From contig CAZPAW010000001.1 in assembly GCA_964584895.1 (NCBI GenBank), positions 197,053 through 261,052 of the forward strand: a stretch of 64,000 nucleotides of DNA, in the 5' to 3' direction. The translations under genes were made by a program, and so were the position numbers. Origin of the DNA: an uncultured Candidatus Saccharibacteria bacterium. GTDB lineage: Bacteria > Patescibacteriota > Saccharimonadia > Saccharimonadales > JAGQNJ01. The notes below the pieces were generated by a model that made no database searches, was not told the DNA's origin, and was given only the letters and a program-made list of their open reading frames with translations. Shown in pieces: positions 40,492-48,105 of the stretch. Numbering within the stretch: the stretch's first letter is position 1; each line of letters starts with the position of its first letter.

Positions 40492-40693
40492 AAATAATAT
40501 CCTTTCTTTTGATGGTTATTTAATTGTTATGTTTATTTTATAAAGGGGATGGCAATTTTTGATTTGCTCGGCTTTCGCATTGGAATAGCCGCACTTACAA
40601 AAAATGCGCACAGAATCTACTATATAATAGCAAAAAAATCAAAATATGTCAAGTACATAGTAGTTATGCCGGGCCGTACTGTAAAATATTGAT

Positions 40694-41044
40694 ATGGTAG
40701 AAGAAAAAGGTGAAAAGTTAAAACGTCAACCAGACCCAACTCCAGAAGATAGAGTATTTTTAAATGAAATCGTGCAATCACATCTCGGAGAGAGAGCAAC
40801 TGGAGAATTCTTTGGGGTTATGTCGCGCGGTGTTAGGGGAGACGAAGGTCATTATGGGCACGCGGTTTTGGTCGTAGACCCTGATATTGCTGAGCGATTT
40901 AGTCAAGATCCAGAAGGTTATCCAGACCTTTTAGCGACCATGTCTACCACTATCACTAATAAGATTAAAGTTGCTGGTAATGTAATTATAGATTTAGCAG
41001 GTCACGCTTTTGATAGTAAAACCGCGAATAGATCTAATAAATAA
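40694..41044 (+). CDS. Hypothetical protein
   Basis: 116-aa ORF. Confidence 0.6.
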   Translation: MVEEKGEKLKRQPDPTPEDRVFLNEIVQSHLGERATGEFFGVMSRGVRGDEGHYGHAVLVVDPDIAERFSQDPEGYPDLLATMSTTITNKIKVAGNVIIDLAGHAFDSKTANRSNK

Positions 41045-41066
41045 TGGATTATAATAAATTCAAAGT

Positions 41067-41327
41067 ATGGCCAAGAATATGAAGTCTACCCAAGAAGAGC
41101 AATTAGAGCTAGGCAAAAAGCTTCAGCAATTTTATGATTCAGGATATATAAATAAAAAGCAAACATTATTATTTTCGTTTTATAAAGGCATAGCATCAGG
41201 ATTTGGAGTTGTTATAGGAGGCACGATTGTAATCGCTTTACTTATATGGCTGCTTGGTCTATTTGATGAACTGCCTTTTTTAGGCGATCTAGTAGATTCC
41301 ATCAACAGAACAATTCAATCAAAATAA
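41067..41327 (+). CDS. DUF5665-like small membrane protein
   Basis: SFYKGIASGFGVVIGGTIV..PFLG. Confidence 0.75.
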   Translation: MAKNMKSTQEEQLELGKKLQQFYDSGYINKKQTLLFSFYKGIASGFGVVIGGTIVIALLIWLLGLFDELPFLGDLVDSINRTIQSK

Positions 41328-41489
41328 TCATAATATTTTATCGACGATGCCGAAGTATTTCTTGGTTATCTATAAATTGTTGTAGTGCGGATCTTCAGCA
41401 CTATATAAAAGTAAAAATTTCTAATCAGCCAATCATAATAAAAAGTCTAGAGATAAAATATGTCGAGTTATGTAGTCAAGACTATTATT

Positions 41490-42038
41490 TTAGCTCGCCC
41501 GATTTCCGTTGGGTTGAATTACCCACCATAGTCCGCCATGGGTGCTGATGTTGTGGCATTTTACTTCACCTGGTTTTTCATGAGCATAATAGTATAACGG
41601 GTGATTGTTATAGGTAACTTGGGTAGTACCGTCAGTCCGCTCGGTAGTGCCTAGTAATTTTTCATTTACTTCACCGGACGCTATTGGAGTCCCGTTGGTA
41701 AGTACAGGTGGCCATGCTTCGGCACAATCATCGTAACATTCGGCTTTTTTTGATTCCTCTAATTCCCATATGTATATTGCTTGATTATTGTCATCGAAAA
41801 GCATTGTGCCAAAATCACTTTCGCCGGTCGTAATAATTGTTCCTTTAGATTTTTTCACTGAATCATCAGAACTTGTTTTTGGTTGCACTTCTTGTTGTAC
41901 TGTTTGTTTTTCTGCAGTAGGTTCTGATTCATTATTGTTATTTGTGTATACTTTGTACCCGATAAAACCTAATGCACCAACTAAAACAATTATCAGAACA
42001 ACACCGATTATTCCAAAACCTTTATTTCGTGATACCAT
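41490..42038 (-). CDS. Pilin-type N-terminus + COG4315 (Lipoprotein_15) repeat domain
   Basis: NKG|FGII + TM; CYDDCAEAWPP, R.DG..QVTYNNHPLYYY. Confidence 0.82.
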   Translation of the reverse strand: MVSRNKGFGIIGVVLIIVLVGALGFIGYKVYTNNNNESEPTAEKQTVQQEVQPKTSSDDSVKKSKGTIITTGESDFGTMLFDDNNQAIYIWELEESKKAECYDDCAEAWPPVLTNGTPIASGEVNEKLLGTTERTDGTTQVTYNNHPLYYYAHEKPGEVKCHNISTHGGLWWVIQPNGNRAS

Positions 42039-42235
42039 ATTCTACCCTTAATTTATCTTGTTAATAGTAATGACTATTATAAACAATAATTTATATGTAG
42101 CCCAATTCAAGGTATGGTTTTTTACCAGCTTGTTGGCTATTGTTTTTGTAAGGTTCTAAATATTGTATTGAATCAACTGCTTATAAAATCTTTTGACAAT
42201 AAATAAAAACACCGTAAATAAATTGATTTAGATTA

Positions 42236-42679
42236 TTATCGGCCAATGTCAGAAATATTTTCGTAGTACGAGCCAGCATCTGGGAAATTATTATCTATTC
42301 TATCAACAAATTTTTTTGAAAAACCAAACTTAGTTAGCTCATTTATAGGAATAAATTTTACTGTGTGTAATTTATTTGATTCCGAGTCAGTAAGTTTTAA
42401 ATTTTGGCCAGGTTTTCCTGATATATATTTACATTCTAAAAAAACGTTAATAACGTGTTTATTTTCTAAAAATCTCTCGGCAATATATAACAGTCTTGTT
42501 GATTTTACTTTAAGACCGGTTTCTTCTTTGACTTCACGTTCAACGGCTTCCATGATTGTTTCACCCTCTTCAACTTTGCCCCCTGGTAATGACCAAAATG
42601 TATCCATGTCGGAGAACGATTGTTTTATCAATAATAATTTATTGTCATATATGCAGACGGCTGTAGCGCGAATAACCAT
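42236..42679 (-). CDS. NUDIX hydrolase
   Basis: LPGGKVEEGETIMEAVEREVKEETGL Nudix box. Confidence 0.9.
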   Translation of the reverse strand: MVIRATAVCIYDNKLLLIKQSFSDMDTFWSLPGGKVEEGETIMEAVEREVKEETGLKVKSTRLLYIAERFLENKHVINVFLECKYISGKPGQNLKLTDSESNKLHTVKFIPINELTKFGFSKKFVDRIDNNFPDAGSYYENISDIGR

Positions 42680-42751
42680 ATCAATACTATACATCCACTC
42701 GCGAAACTGAAGGGTTAATTGTGTCCCTGATGCTTTAAGATTAGGACGTAG

Positions 42752-42770
42752 TGCAAGGGGAGCCGACTAG
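42752..42770. repeat. Cassette-boundary motif, degenerate copy D
   Basis: TGCAAGGGGAGCCGACTAG, 15/19 match to TGCTAGGAGAGTTGACTAG. Confidence 0.5.
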
Positions 42771-42789
42771 CTAAAAATATATATCTCAG

Positions 42790-43437
42790 TTATAGAAATT
42801 TTATAGAGTTAACAATACTTTCAAATTCTTGAGTAAGATTTGACGCATCAAAATCATATTCATTGTTTGTAGTATTGTTGCTGTAACTTTCTCTGAAGCT
42901 AAGTGTCACCAAATCCTTGCCATTTAATACCCTATACTCAATATCCTTATATTTTTCGGCCTCACTAGGGCCAACAAAATCGGTCGTATGCTTTAGCGCC
43001 TTATATCCATCTATTGTCACTTTTTCGTAGGTATTAAATTGGTCTTTATCGATATCATCGATTTCTTTTTCTATTGTTGTGTCTACATCAGTAAAACCAT
43101 AGATGAACACTTCGGCTTTTTGATTATCTTTATTGCGAAGTGTTATGGGTTGCGTATCTTTGGTCCAATCAGGAGTTGGCTTAGTAGGTCCATCGGTGTC
43201 TGGTTCTTCGTATGGTATTTTTGACCAAGTATTTGGGTATTCGACAGAAAAAGTTTTCGAAGAGTCTGTTATTTCTGATTTAGTAGAGCTTGGTGTCGTA
43301 TTAGTAGAATTATATGAATTATCACTATCACTCCTATTATTTACGACATACCACCCAACACCTGCAATTAATCCAACAATAACAAATATTAGTAATCCCT
43401 CTACTACACTAAAGCCTTTGGTGTTCAACTTTTTCAT
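42790..43437 (-). CDS. Pilin-type N-terminus + PsbP-like extracellular domain
   Basis: TKG|FSVVE + TM; FSVEYPNTW...FESIVNSIKF. Confidence 0.78.
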   Translation of the reverse strand: MKKLNTKGFSVVEGLLIFVIVGLIAGVGWYVVNNRSDSDNSYNSTNTTPSSTKSEITDSSKTFSVEYPNTWSKIPYEEPDTDGPTKPTPDWTKDTQPITLRNKDNQKAEVFIYGFTDVDTTIEKEIDDIDKDQFNTYEKVTIDGYKALKHTTDFVGPSEAEKYKDIEYRVLNGKDLVTLSFRESYSNNTTNNEYDFDASNLTQEFESIVNSIKFL

Positions 43438-43444
43438 TTCTTAG

Positions 43445-43603
43445 TTCCTGCTTATGCTTATTAAATCAAGATTAATTATATACCTATTTCAATATAAAAG
43501 AGCTCCTTTTGTAGAGACCAAAGTGCTAATGTTTACACAGGTGTGTTCGTCCGCTATACAACGGATGGAGCTTAGTGCTAGGAGAGTTGACTAGAGGTGG
43601 AAC
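43445..43603. repeat. Intergenic direct repeat, copy A (~160 nt)
   Basis: Aligns along its length with 44129-44285. Confidence 0.88.
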
Positions 43604-43614
43604 AGATTATTTCG

Positions 43615-44121
43615 TCACTCTATTGAATTTTCTTGAATTTTACCTTTTGAATCTTCACACTCAGGTTCAGCAATCTTATTAATATTATATTTCTCTAGCT
43701 GTTGACAGAGAGGATTTTCTCCGCTTCCGCTATACTCAGTCGGCGGTATCAATGTCCAGTCGCCATTATCCTGTTTTACTGCAACAATAGTAACTTCTTC
43801 AATTAAATTATCTGAGCATCCATATGACATCCTAGCATATCTATCGTCAACATTAGCTTGTACTGCGTATAGTGCTACTCCGTCGGGTGTGTCTGTGCCT
43901 CGATATTGTTTACAGTCATCGTCAGAGTTCTTTTCAAGATAAGATTCTAGTCCTGACGGTATAACAACACTATCATCGACTGCCCAAACCTTTACATTCT
44001 CACTATCTTTATTTAAAAGGTTATTAGTTAGATAACCCAATGCGAAAGCTGTAACTACTATTGCTAAAAGTATTAAATAATTTTTTGACCGCATTGTATT
44101 CTTCTTTTTTGGTTTTGGCAT
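43615..44121 (-). CDS. Single-TM secreted Cys-containing hypothetical protein
   Basis: N-terminal TM, 4 Cys. Confidence 0.7.
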   Translation of the reverse strand: MPKPKKKNTMRSKNYLILLAIVVTAFALGYLTNNLLNKDSENVKVWAVDDSVVIPSGLESYLEKNSDDDCKQYRGTDTPDGVALYAVQANVDDRYARMSYGCSDNLIEEVTIVAVKQDNGDWTLIPPTEYSGSGENPLCQQLEKYNINKIAEPECEDSKGKIQENSIE

Positions 44122-44128
44122 TTTTTTG

Positions 44129-44285
44129 GTCCTGCTTATGTTATTAAATTAAGTATAAGTATACTCCTATTTTTCATAAAAAACTTATATTTTTACAGAG
44201 GCCAAAGTACTAATGGTAAACAGGTGTATTCGTCCGCCATACAGCGGATGGAGCACTATGCTAGAAGAATTGACTAGGTGGAAAG
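44129..44285. repeat. Intergenic direct repeat, copy B (~160 nt)
   Basis: Shares TCCTGCTTATG, CCAAAGT.CTAATG, CAGGTGT.TTCGTCCGC.ATACA.CGGATGGAGC and TGCTAG.AGA.TTGACTAG with copy A. Confidence 0.88.
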
Positions 44286-44287
44286 AA

Positions 44288-44719
44288 CTAGCTCTGGCTA
44301 TCTAGGTATTCTTGCAAGCCTTTAAGCCAGCCTCCCGTAAAGTATTCTTCGGGTTTGAAAGTTGCAATATCTACCCACTCATACTTATCGTGGTTGCCGC
44401 CGAGTTTGATGTCTCCGTTTTTGTATATTGCATCGTAACCGACTGCAAAAATTCGTACAGGTAGCTTAGTTGTGTGCTCAGTTCTTTCGTGCCTAAAGAA
44501 TATTACTGGCTTTTCGAGCTCATACTCTACGTCATGGCCCAACTCTTCATTTATCTTACGTTTAACAATTTTCTCAAGAGGCTTCTCGAATTCGTCGGGT
44601 TTAATGCGTCCACCAGGAATATCCCATTCACCGAAGACATCATGTGTTATCAAAAGGTTGCCACCCTTCCGAAGCAGTACCTTTACTGCAATGTGATAAA
44701 GGTCTTTTGGCTCATTCAT
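44288..44719 (-). CDS. NUDIX-fold protein (atypical Nudix box)
   Basis: WDIPGGRI..RKINEELG, HDKYEWV. Confidence 0.8.
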   Translation of the reverse strand: MNEPKDLYHIAVKVLLRKGGNLLITHDVFGEWDIPGGRIKPDEFEKPLEKIVKRKINEELGHDVEYELEKPVIFFRHERTEHTTKLPVRIFAVGYDAIYKNGDIKLGGNHDKYEWVDIATFKPEEYFTGGWLKGLQEYLDSQS

Positions 44720-44784
44720 ATCATCATAATACCAAAATCAAGAAAAGAGACATCTACTTATTACAGAACTCACAGTGTTTATTG

Positions 44785-44843
44785 TTGGTTGCCTAGGTAC
44801 GCTCGGATTGGAACGAGTTGCTAGGAGAGTTGACAGGATGGAC
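44785..44843. repeat. Cassette-boundary motif, copy C, with tRNA-fMet 3'-end-like core
   Basis: TTGGTTGC (44785-44792) equals the tRNA end at 45657-45664; TGCTAGGAGAGTTGAC at 44819. Confidence 0.65.
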
Positions 44844-44857
44844 ACCGACTTAACCAG

Positions 44858-45595
44858 TCATAAATACTTTGTAATTAATTTCTCTAGTGATTCTTCTACG
44901 GCTTTTATTGCTTCTGGATAAAGCCTGTAATCGTGTGTGCAATCAATCTCAAGAAAAATCTTTGGTTCAGATAATTCATCAAAGATTTCTTTAACACGAC
45001 TAGACGGCACAAATTTGTCCTTTGTTGCATACACCAATAGTTTTGCACCCTTAAAGTTTTTCAAAGCTTGTATGGGGTCATGTTTGGCACCGTCTTCAAA
45101 GTATTTCATAGGAAGACTAAACTTGCGTTGTTCTTTGGTTCTTTTGTTTCCTGGTGGAATGTCTCGTGATTCTTGTAACGTATTGTTTTTGATTTTTTCT
45201 AGTTCAGGCGCTGACGGCTTGCCGTAAGCTGCATTAATAAGTGCCAATCCTATAACAGAAGGGTTGTCTGAAGCTAGCATTGCGGTTGCACCACCACGAC
45301 TATGCCCTAATAGTAGAGTAGGGCGATTACCTAGCAAATCTATAAGCTCATTGATTGCATTAATGTATGTAGTAGTTGTGTAGTTTTCTAATTCGCCTAG
45401 GCTATCCCAAGTTCCTGGTGCATCAATTGCGATAGCGTAATAACCGTGCTTAGCAAAGAAGTCAAGGTGACTAACAAAGTTTGCATAATCTTTCGTATCA
45501 AGACGGCCTGGCATCAATATGGCGACCTTGGTCGCGTCAGTGTCTCCAGCTTCGTTGGCTGCGATTGTAAAGTTCTTGGTTTTAATCAGTTTCAT
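44858..45595 (-). CDS. Alpha/beta hydrolase
   Basis: GHSRGG nucleophile elbow, D..V and H near the C-terminus. Confidence 0.88.
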   Translation of the reverse strand: MKLIKTKNFTIAANEAGDTDATKVAILMPGRLDTKDYANFVSHLDFFAKHGYYAIAIDAPGTWDSLGELENYTTTTYINAINELIDLLGNRPTLLLGHSRGGATAMLASDNPSVIGLALINAAYGKPSAPELEKIKNNTLQESRDIPPGNKRTKEQRKFSLPMKYFEDGAKHDPIQALKNFKGAKLLVYATKDKFVPSSRVKEIFDELSEPKIFLEIDCTHDYRLYPEAIKAVEESLEKLITKYL

Positions 45596-45618
45596 ATTTC
45601 AATAATAACAGAGAGACT

Positions 45619-45643
45619 AAAAAGACCCCAGCTTCCTAGGGTC
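45619..45643 (-). terminator. Terminator downstream of tRNA-fMet
   Basis: Minus strand GACCCTA-GGAAGC-TGGGGTC-TTTTT. Confidence 0.7.
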
Positions 45644-45657
45644 ATAGTGCTTATGCT

Positions 45658-45732
45658 TGGTTGCGGGACCAGGACTCGAACCTGGGACCTCGTGGTTATG
45701 AGCCACGCGAGCTGCCGCTGCTCCATCCCGCA
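45658..45732 (-). tRNA. Initiator-type tRNA-fMet (CAT)
   Basis: TGCGGGATGGAGCAGCGGCAGCTCGCGTGGCTCATAACCACGAGGTCCCAGGTTCGAGTCCTGGTCCCGCAACCA; A11-U24. Confidence 0.92.
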
Positions 45733-45831
45733 TATCGTCTGGATGACGATCAAAAACTATCCAGAGCAGTTCAAATACTAACATTACAGATAACAGATGT
45801 CAATAAGCATGCTATGAAATAAAAAAAGTAT

Positions 45832-45859
45832 TTGACAAATTAAAGTTCTTATGTATAAT
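45832..45859 (+). promoter_or_regulatory. Consensus sigma70 promoter
   Basis: TTGACA-16nt-TATAAT with extended -10 TG-like context and an A-rich upstream element. Confidence 0.75.
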
Positions 45860-45931
45860 GTTAAGTACAGTTTTAAATTAAAACAAAACAAAAAATTAAC
45901 AAACTAACAAAACAAAAAAGGAGTCCGAAAA

Positions 45932-46009
45932 ATGGGCGATCTTACTTATGAAGTTGTCGAGACAGACAACGTAGCAATAAGAGAAGTAGACAGCATACTT
46001 TTCAGTTAA
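45932..46009 (+). CDS. 25-aa small protein (MGDLTYEVVETDNVAIREVDSILFS)
   Basis: Promoter, AAGGAG RBS, ORF and terminator in order. Confidence 0.6.
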   Translation: MGDLTYEVVETDNVAIREVDSILFS

Positions 46010-46044
46010 TTCATCAAGAGCTAAAGCTCTAAAAAACGATGGGC

Positions 46045-46076
46045 TAGCCGGTGCAAAAAATGTACCGGCTATTTTT
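46045..46076 (+). terminator. Rho-independent terminator
   Basis: TAGCCGGTGCA-AAAAA-TGTACCGGCTA-TTTTT. Confidence 0.8.
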
Positions 46077-46185
46077 GGTAACAACAATATGTTGTCAGGC
46101 TGGAGTTTGCCTTGTTGTTTTATCAGCACTATTATCGGAATTTGGGTTGGTTATAAGGTTGGACAATATATATACGACTAAATAT

Positions 46186-46412
46186 CTTTTCTATTGCGAG
46201 CTAAAGCTCGCGCTTTAAATACTTTTTACCTGAAAAAGTAGTAGCAAAAGCAGGCAAGCGGCTGAAAGAACAAGATGTTAATTTTAGTAATATGTATCGT
46301 GCCTGCGGAACGTAAGCGATCCGATTCATTAATTCTAGAGTAAGGAATCGGATTAGTCCTCGGCATTGACCCGATACATATTACTAAAATTAAATCTGTT
46401 TTTCAGAGCTTG
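46186..46412. ncRNA. Candidate structured RNA (three-way junction + ~160-nt rod with a perfect 22-bp stem)
   Basis: 46278-46299 is the exact reverse complement of 46372-46393; inner and outer stems also pair. Confidence 0.5.
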
Positions 46413-46514
46413 GAAACTAAGCGATAATTTACTCATCAATTTCTGGTCATTGTCCAGAGAATAATAATGAAACATTACGTTGATTTGGGTATCTTTTAAC
46501 AGACTAGAATTAGC

Positions 46515-46949
46515 CTAATCAGTTTTGAGCCAGTTTTCGAGTGATTTTAAGTCTGGAAAAATCTCATCAAAAATACCATACAGAGTTTCTGTCTTTTCTG
46601 GTATGCCCAATGCATAACATTTTTTGCCCATGCCATATGCTGCACCAGCCTCTATGTGTCCAGAGATCCCCGCTGGTAAAACTAATAGGAAGTTATCGCT
46701 ATCTCGTTGAGCCTGCATATCATTTTCGAAAATATGTCTTATGAAATCATCGTCTTTGGGTAGCGATTCGAGCGTTTGCATAATCGACTCAATGCTAGCA
46801 TCTTGTTTGAACTCAACTTTCGATCCCTTATACAAGTTCTCAATGAAACAATAGGCAACTTTGTTGTGAGCTCTTACAGAATCAAGGGCTTTTTTTACTT
46901 CTGGATAATTTCGCCAACGTCCAACTATGAAGAAATCGTACTTTGCCAT
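46515..46949 (-). CDS. Nucleoside 2-deoxyribosyltransferase-like protein
   Basis: FENDM..QRDSD..LLVLPAGISGHIEAGAAYGMGK. Confidence 0.75.
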   Translation of the reverse strand: MAKYDFFIVGRWRNYPEVKKALDSVRAHNKVAYCFIENLYKGSKVEFKQDASIESIMQTLESLPKDDDFIRHIFENDMQAQRDSDNFLLVLPAGISGHIEAGAAYGMGKKCYALGIPEKTETLYGIFDEIFPDLKSLENWLKTD

Positions 46950-46976
46950 GGAATAATTATATCAATTTAGTTGATG

Positions 46977-47199
46977 AAGGCTCTAACTTACTAATTGGTC
47001 AACCTAACTCATATGGATATGGAATGACTTTGTTGGGTATCTGACTGATCCTAAACAGATGTTGTGAAAAAAAGGTGACCTTGGACGCGAGGACTGTTTG
47101 AGATATGAATTTGCTTAGTAGCATATTCATATAGAGTTCCACAGAGAGCTAACTTTATACTAACAGATATATAAAGACTGTGTAGTAAGTCCGAGCTTT
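46977..47199 (+). ncRNA. Candidate structured RNA with a five-way junction
   Basis: Closing stem plus four abutting hairpins; G-U pairs favour the + strand. Confidence 0.55.
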
Positions 47200-47318
47200 T
47201 GGTTTACTTTGGGCGGTTAAAAGTAATAAATTAATAGTTTTTAATAAAATAGATATGCCTACATTGAATCTAGTAACTTGGGTTGAGATGTGGTATATTT
47301 ACCCCTGTCGGTAACTAT

Positions 47319-47395
47319 GTCGGTGTAGCTCAGTTGGTTAGAGCGCAGGACTCATAAGCCTGAGGTCGTTGGTTCAATTCCAACCACCGACACCA
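47319..47395 (+). tRNA. tRNA-Met (CAT), elongator type
   Basis: GTCGGTG/CACCGAC acceptor stem, CTCATAA loop, GGTTCAATTCC, CCA. Confidence 0.92.
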
Positions 47396-47445
47396 AAAAA
47401 AGTTTTGCAAAGATTAAAATGCTGATGGTATAATAAAGTCTCAGT

Positions 47446-48105
47446 ATGGCAACAACCCAAAGTCCAGCTGAAACAGGTTCATCTCCGCAAGGAGATGTTT
47501 TTTTATCACAAGATTATTTAGGCCAAATACCTCCTCAAGTTCATGAAAATAGATTTTCACGACAGTTGCACGACTTAACTACTTTGGATATTGTGCGCAG
47601 TGACGTCGCGGTTGCCACGCAGACTCTCAACGGCGAAAGAACATTTAGATATGACGCATGTGGTGTTTTGATCTCGGGCTTGAAAGAAATTACAGATACA
47701 ATTTTTAGAGCAAGAGAAGGTGTGCTCGAGATTGAGGCAAAAGGCCTATTCAGGTTGGGCCGAGGGTTGTCTAGACTTTTCGAGGAATATGGTGTGGGTG
47801 AAAATGATGATGATGACAGCTTCCTTAGAATGCCGGTTGAGCGTATTACTGATGTGAGGCCTGGTTATGGCACAGGTCGAGTCCTAAATAGGGATATGAT
47901 TGTATATAATCCGTTTTTGGATTTGAGAATACAATTTGAAGATGATCTTGCTCCAGCAAATGTTGGGGTTTCTCCTCATCTCAAACATCTTTTTAGAGAA
48001 GACAGGCCAGGGGAATTTCATAGGATAGGATTAGCAGGTATTACAAGATTGAGTTTGCTTGAGCCAATGGAGTCGTTGAGAGCAAGGACTAATCCTGTTA
48101 AATGA
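47446..48105 (+). CDS. Hypothetical protein
   Basis: 219-aa ORF, TATAAT upstream. Confidence 0.65.
   Translation: MATTQSPAETGSSPQGDVFLSQDYLGQIPPQVHENRFSRQLHDLTTLDIVRSDVAVATQTLNGERTFRYDACGVLISGLKEITDTIFRAREGVLEIEAKGLFRLGRGLSRLFEEYGVGENDDDDSFLRMPVERITDVRPGYGTGRVLNRDMIVYNPFLDLRIQFEDDLAPANVGVSPHLKHLFREDRPGEFHRIGLAGITRLSLLEPMESLRARTNPVK

Noticed and set aside
40500-40625. Hairpin-rich leader upstream of the 149-aa gene, considered as a c-di-GMP riboswitch
   Set aside because: Only short stems; the conserved riboswitch core is not recognisable
42700-44850. Repeats considered as a CRISPR array or classical attC sites
   Set aside because: Separated by whole genes, no cas genes, no attC end consensus and no intI; kept instead as a cassette-like finding
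45446-45781. 111-aa plus-strand ORF
   Set aside because: Antisense to tRNA-fMet and the hydrolase gene; shadow ORF
45896-46129. 77-aa minus-strand ORF
   Set aside because: Antisense to a unit with promoter, RBS and terminator on the + strand; no signals of its own
47178-47200. GTAGTAAGTCCGAGCT resembling the RNase P RNA GAGGAAAGTCC motif
   Set aside because: Partial match only; the matching 3' conserved region was not found
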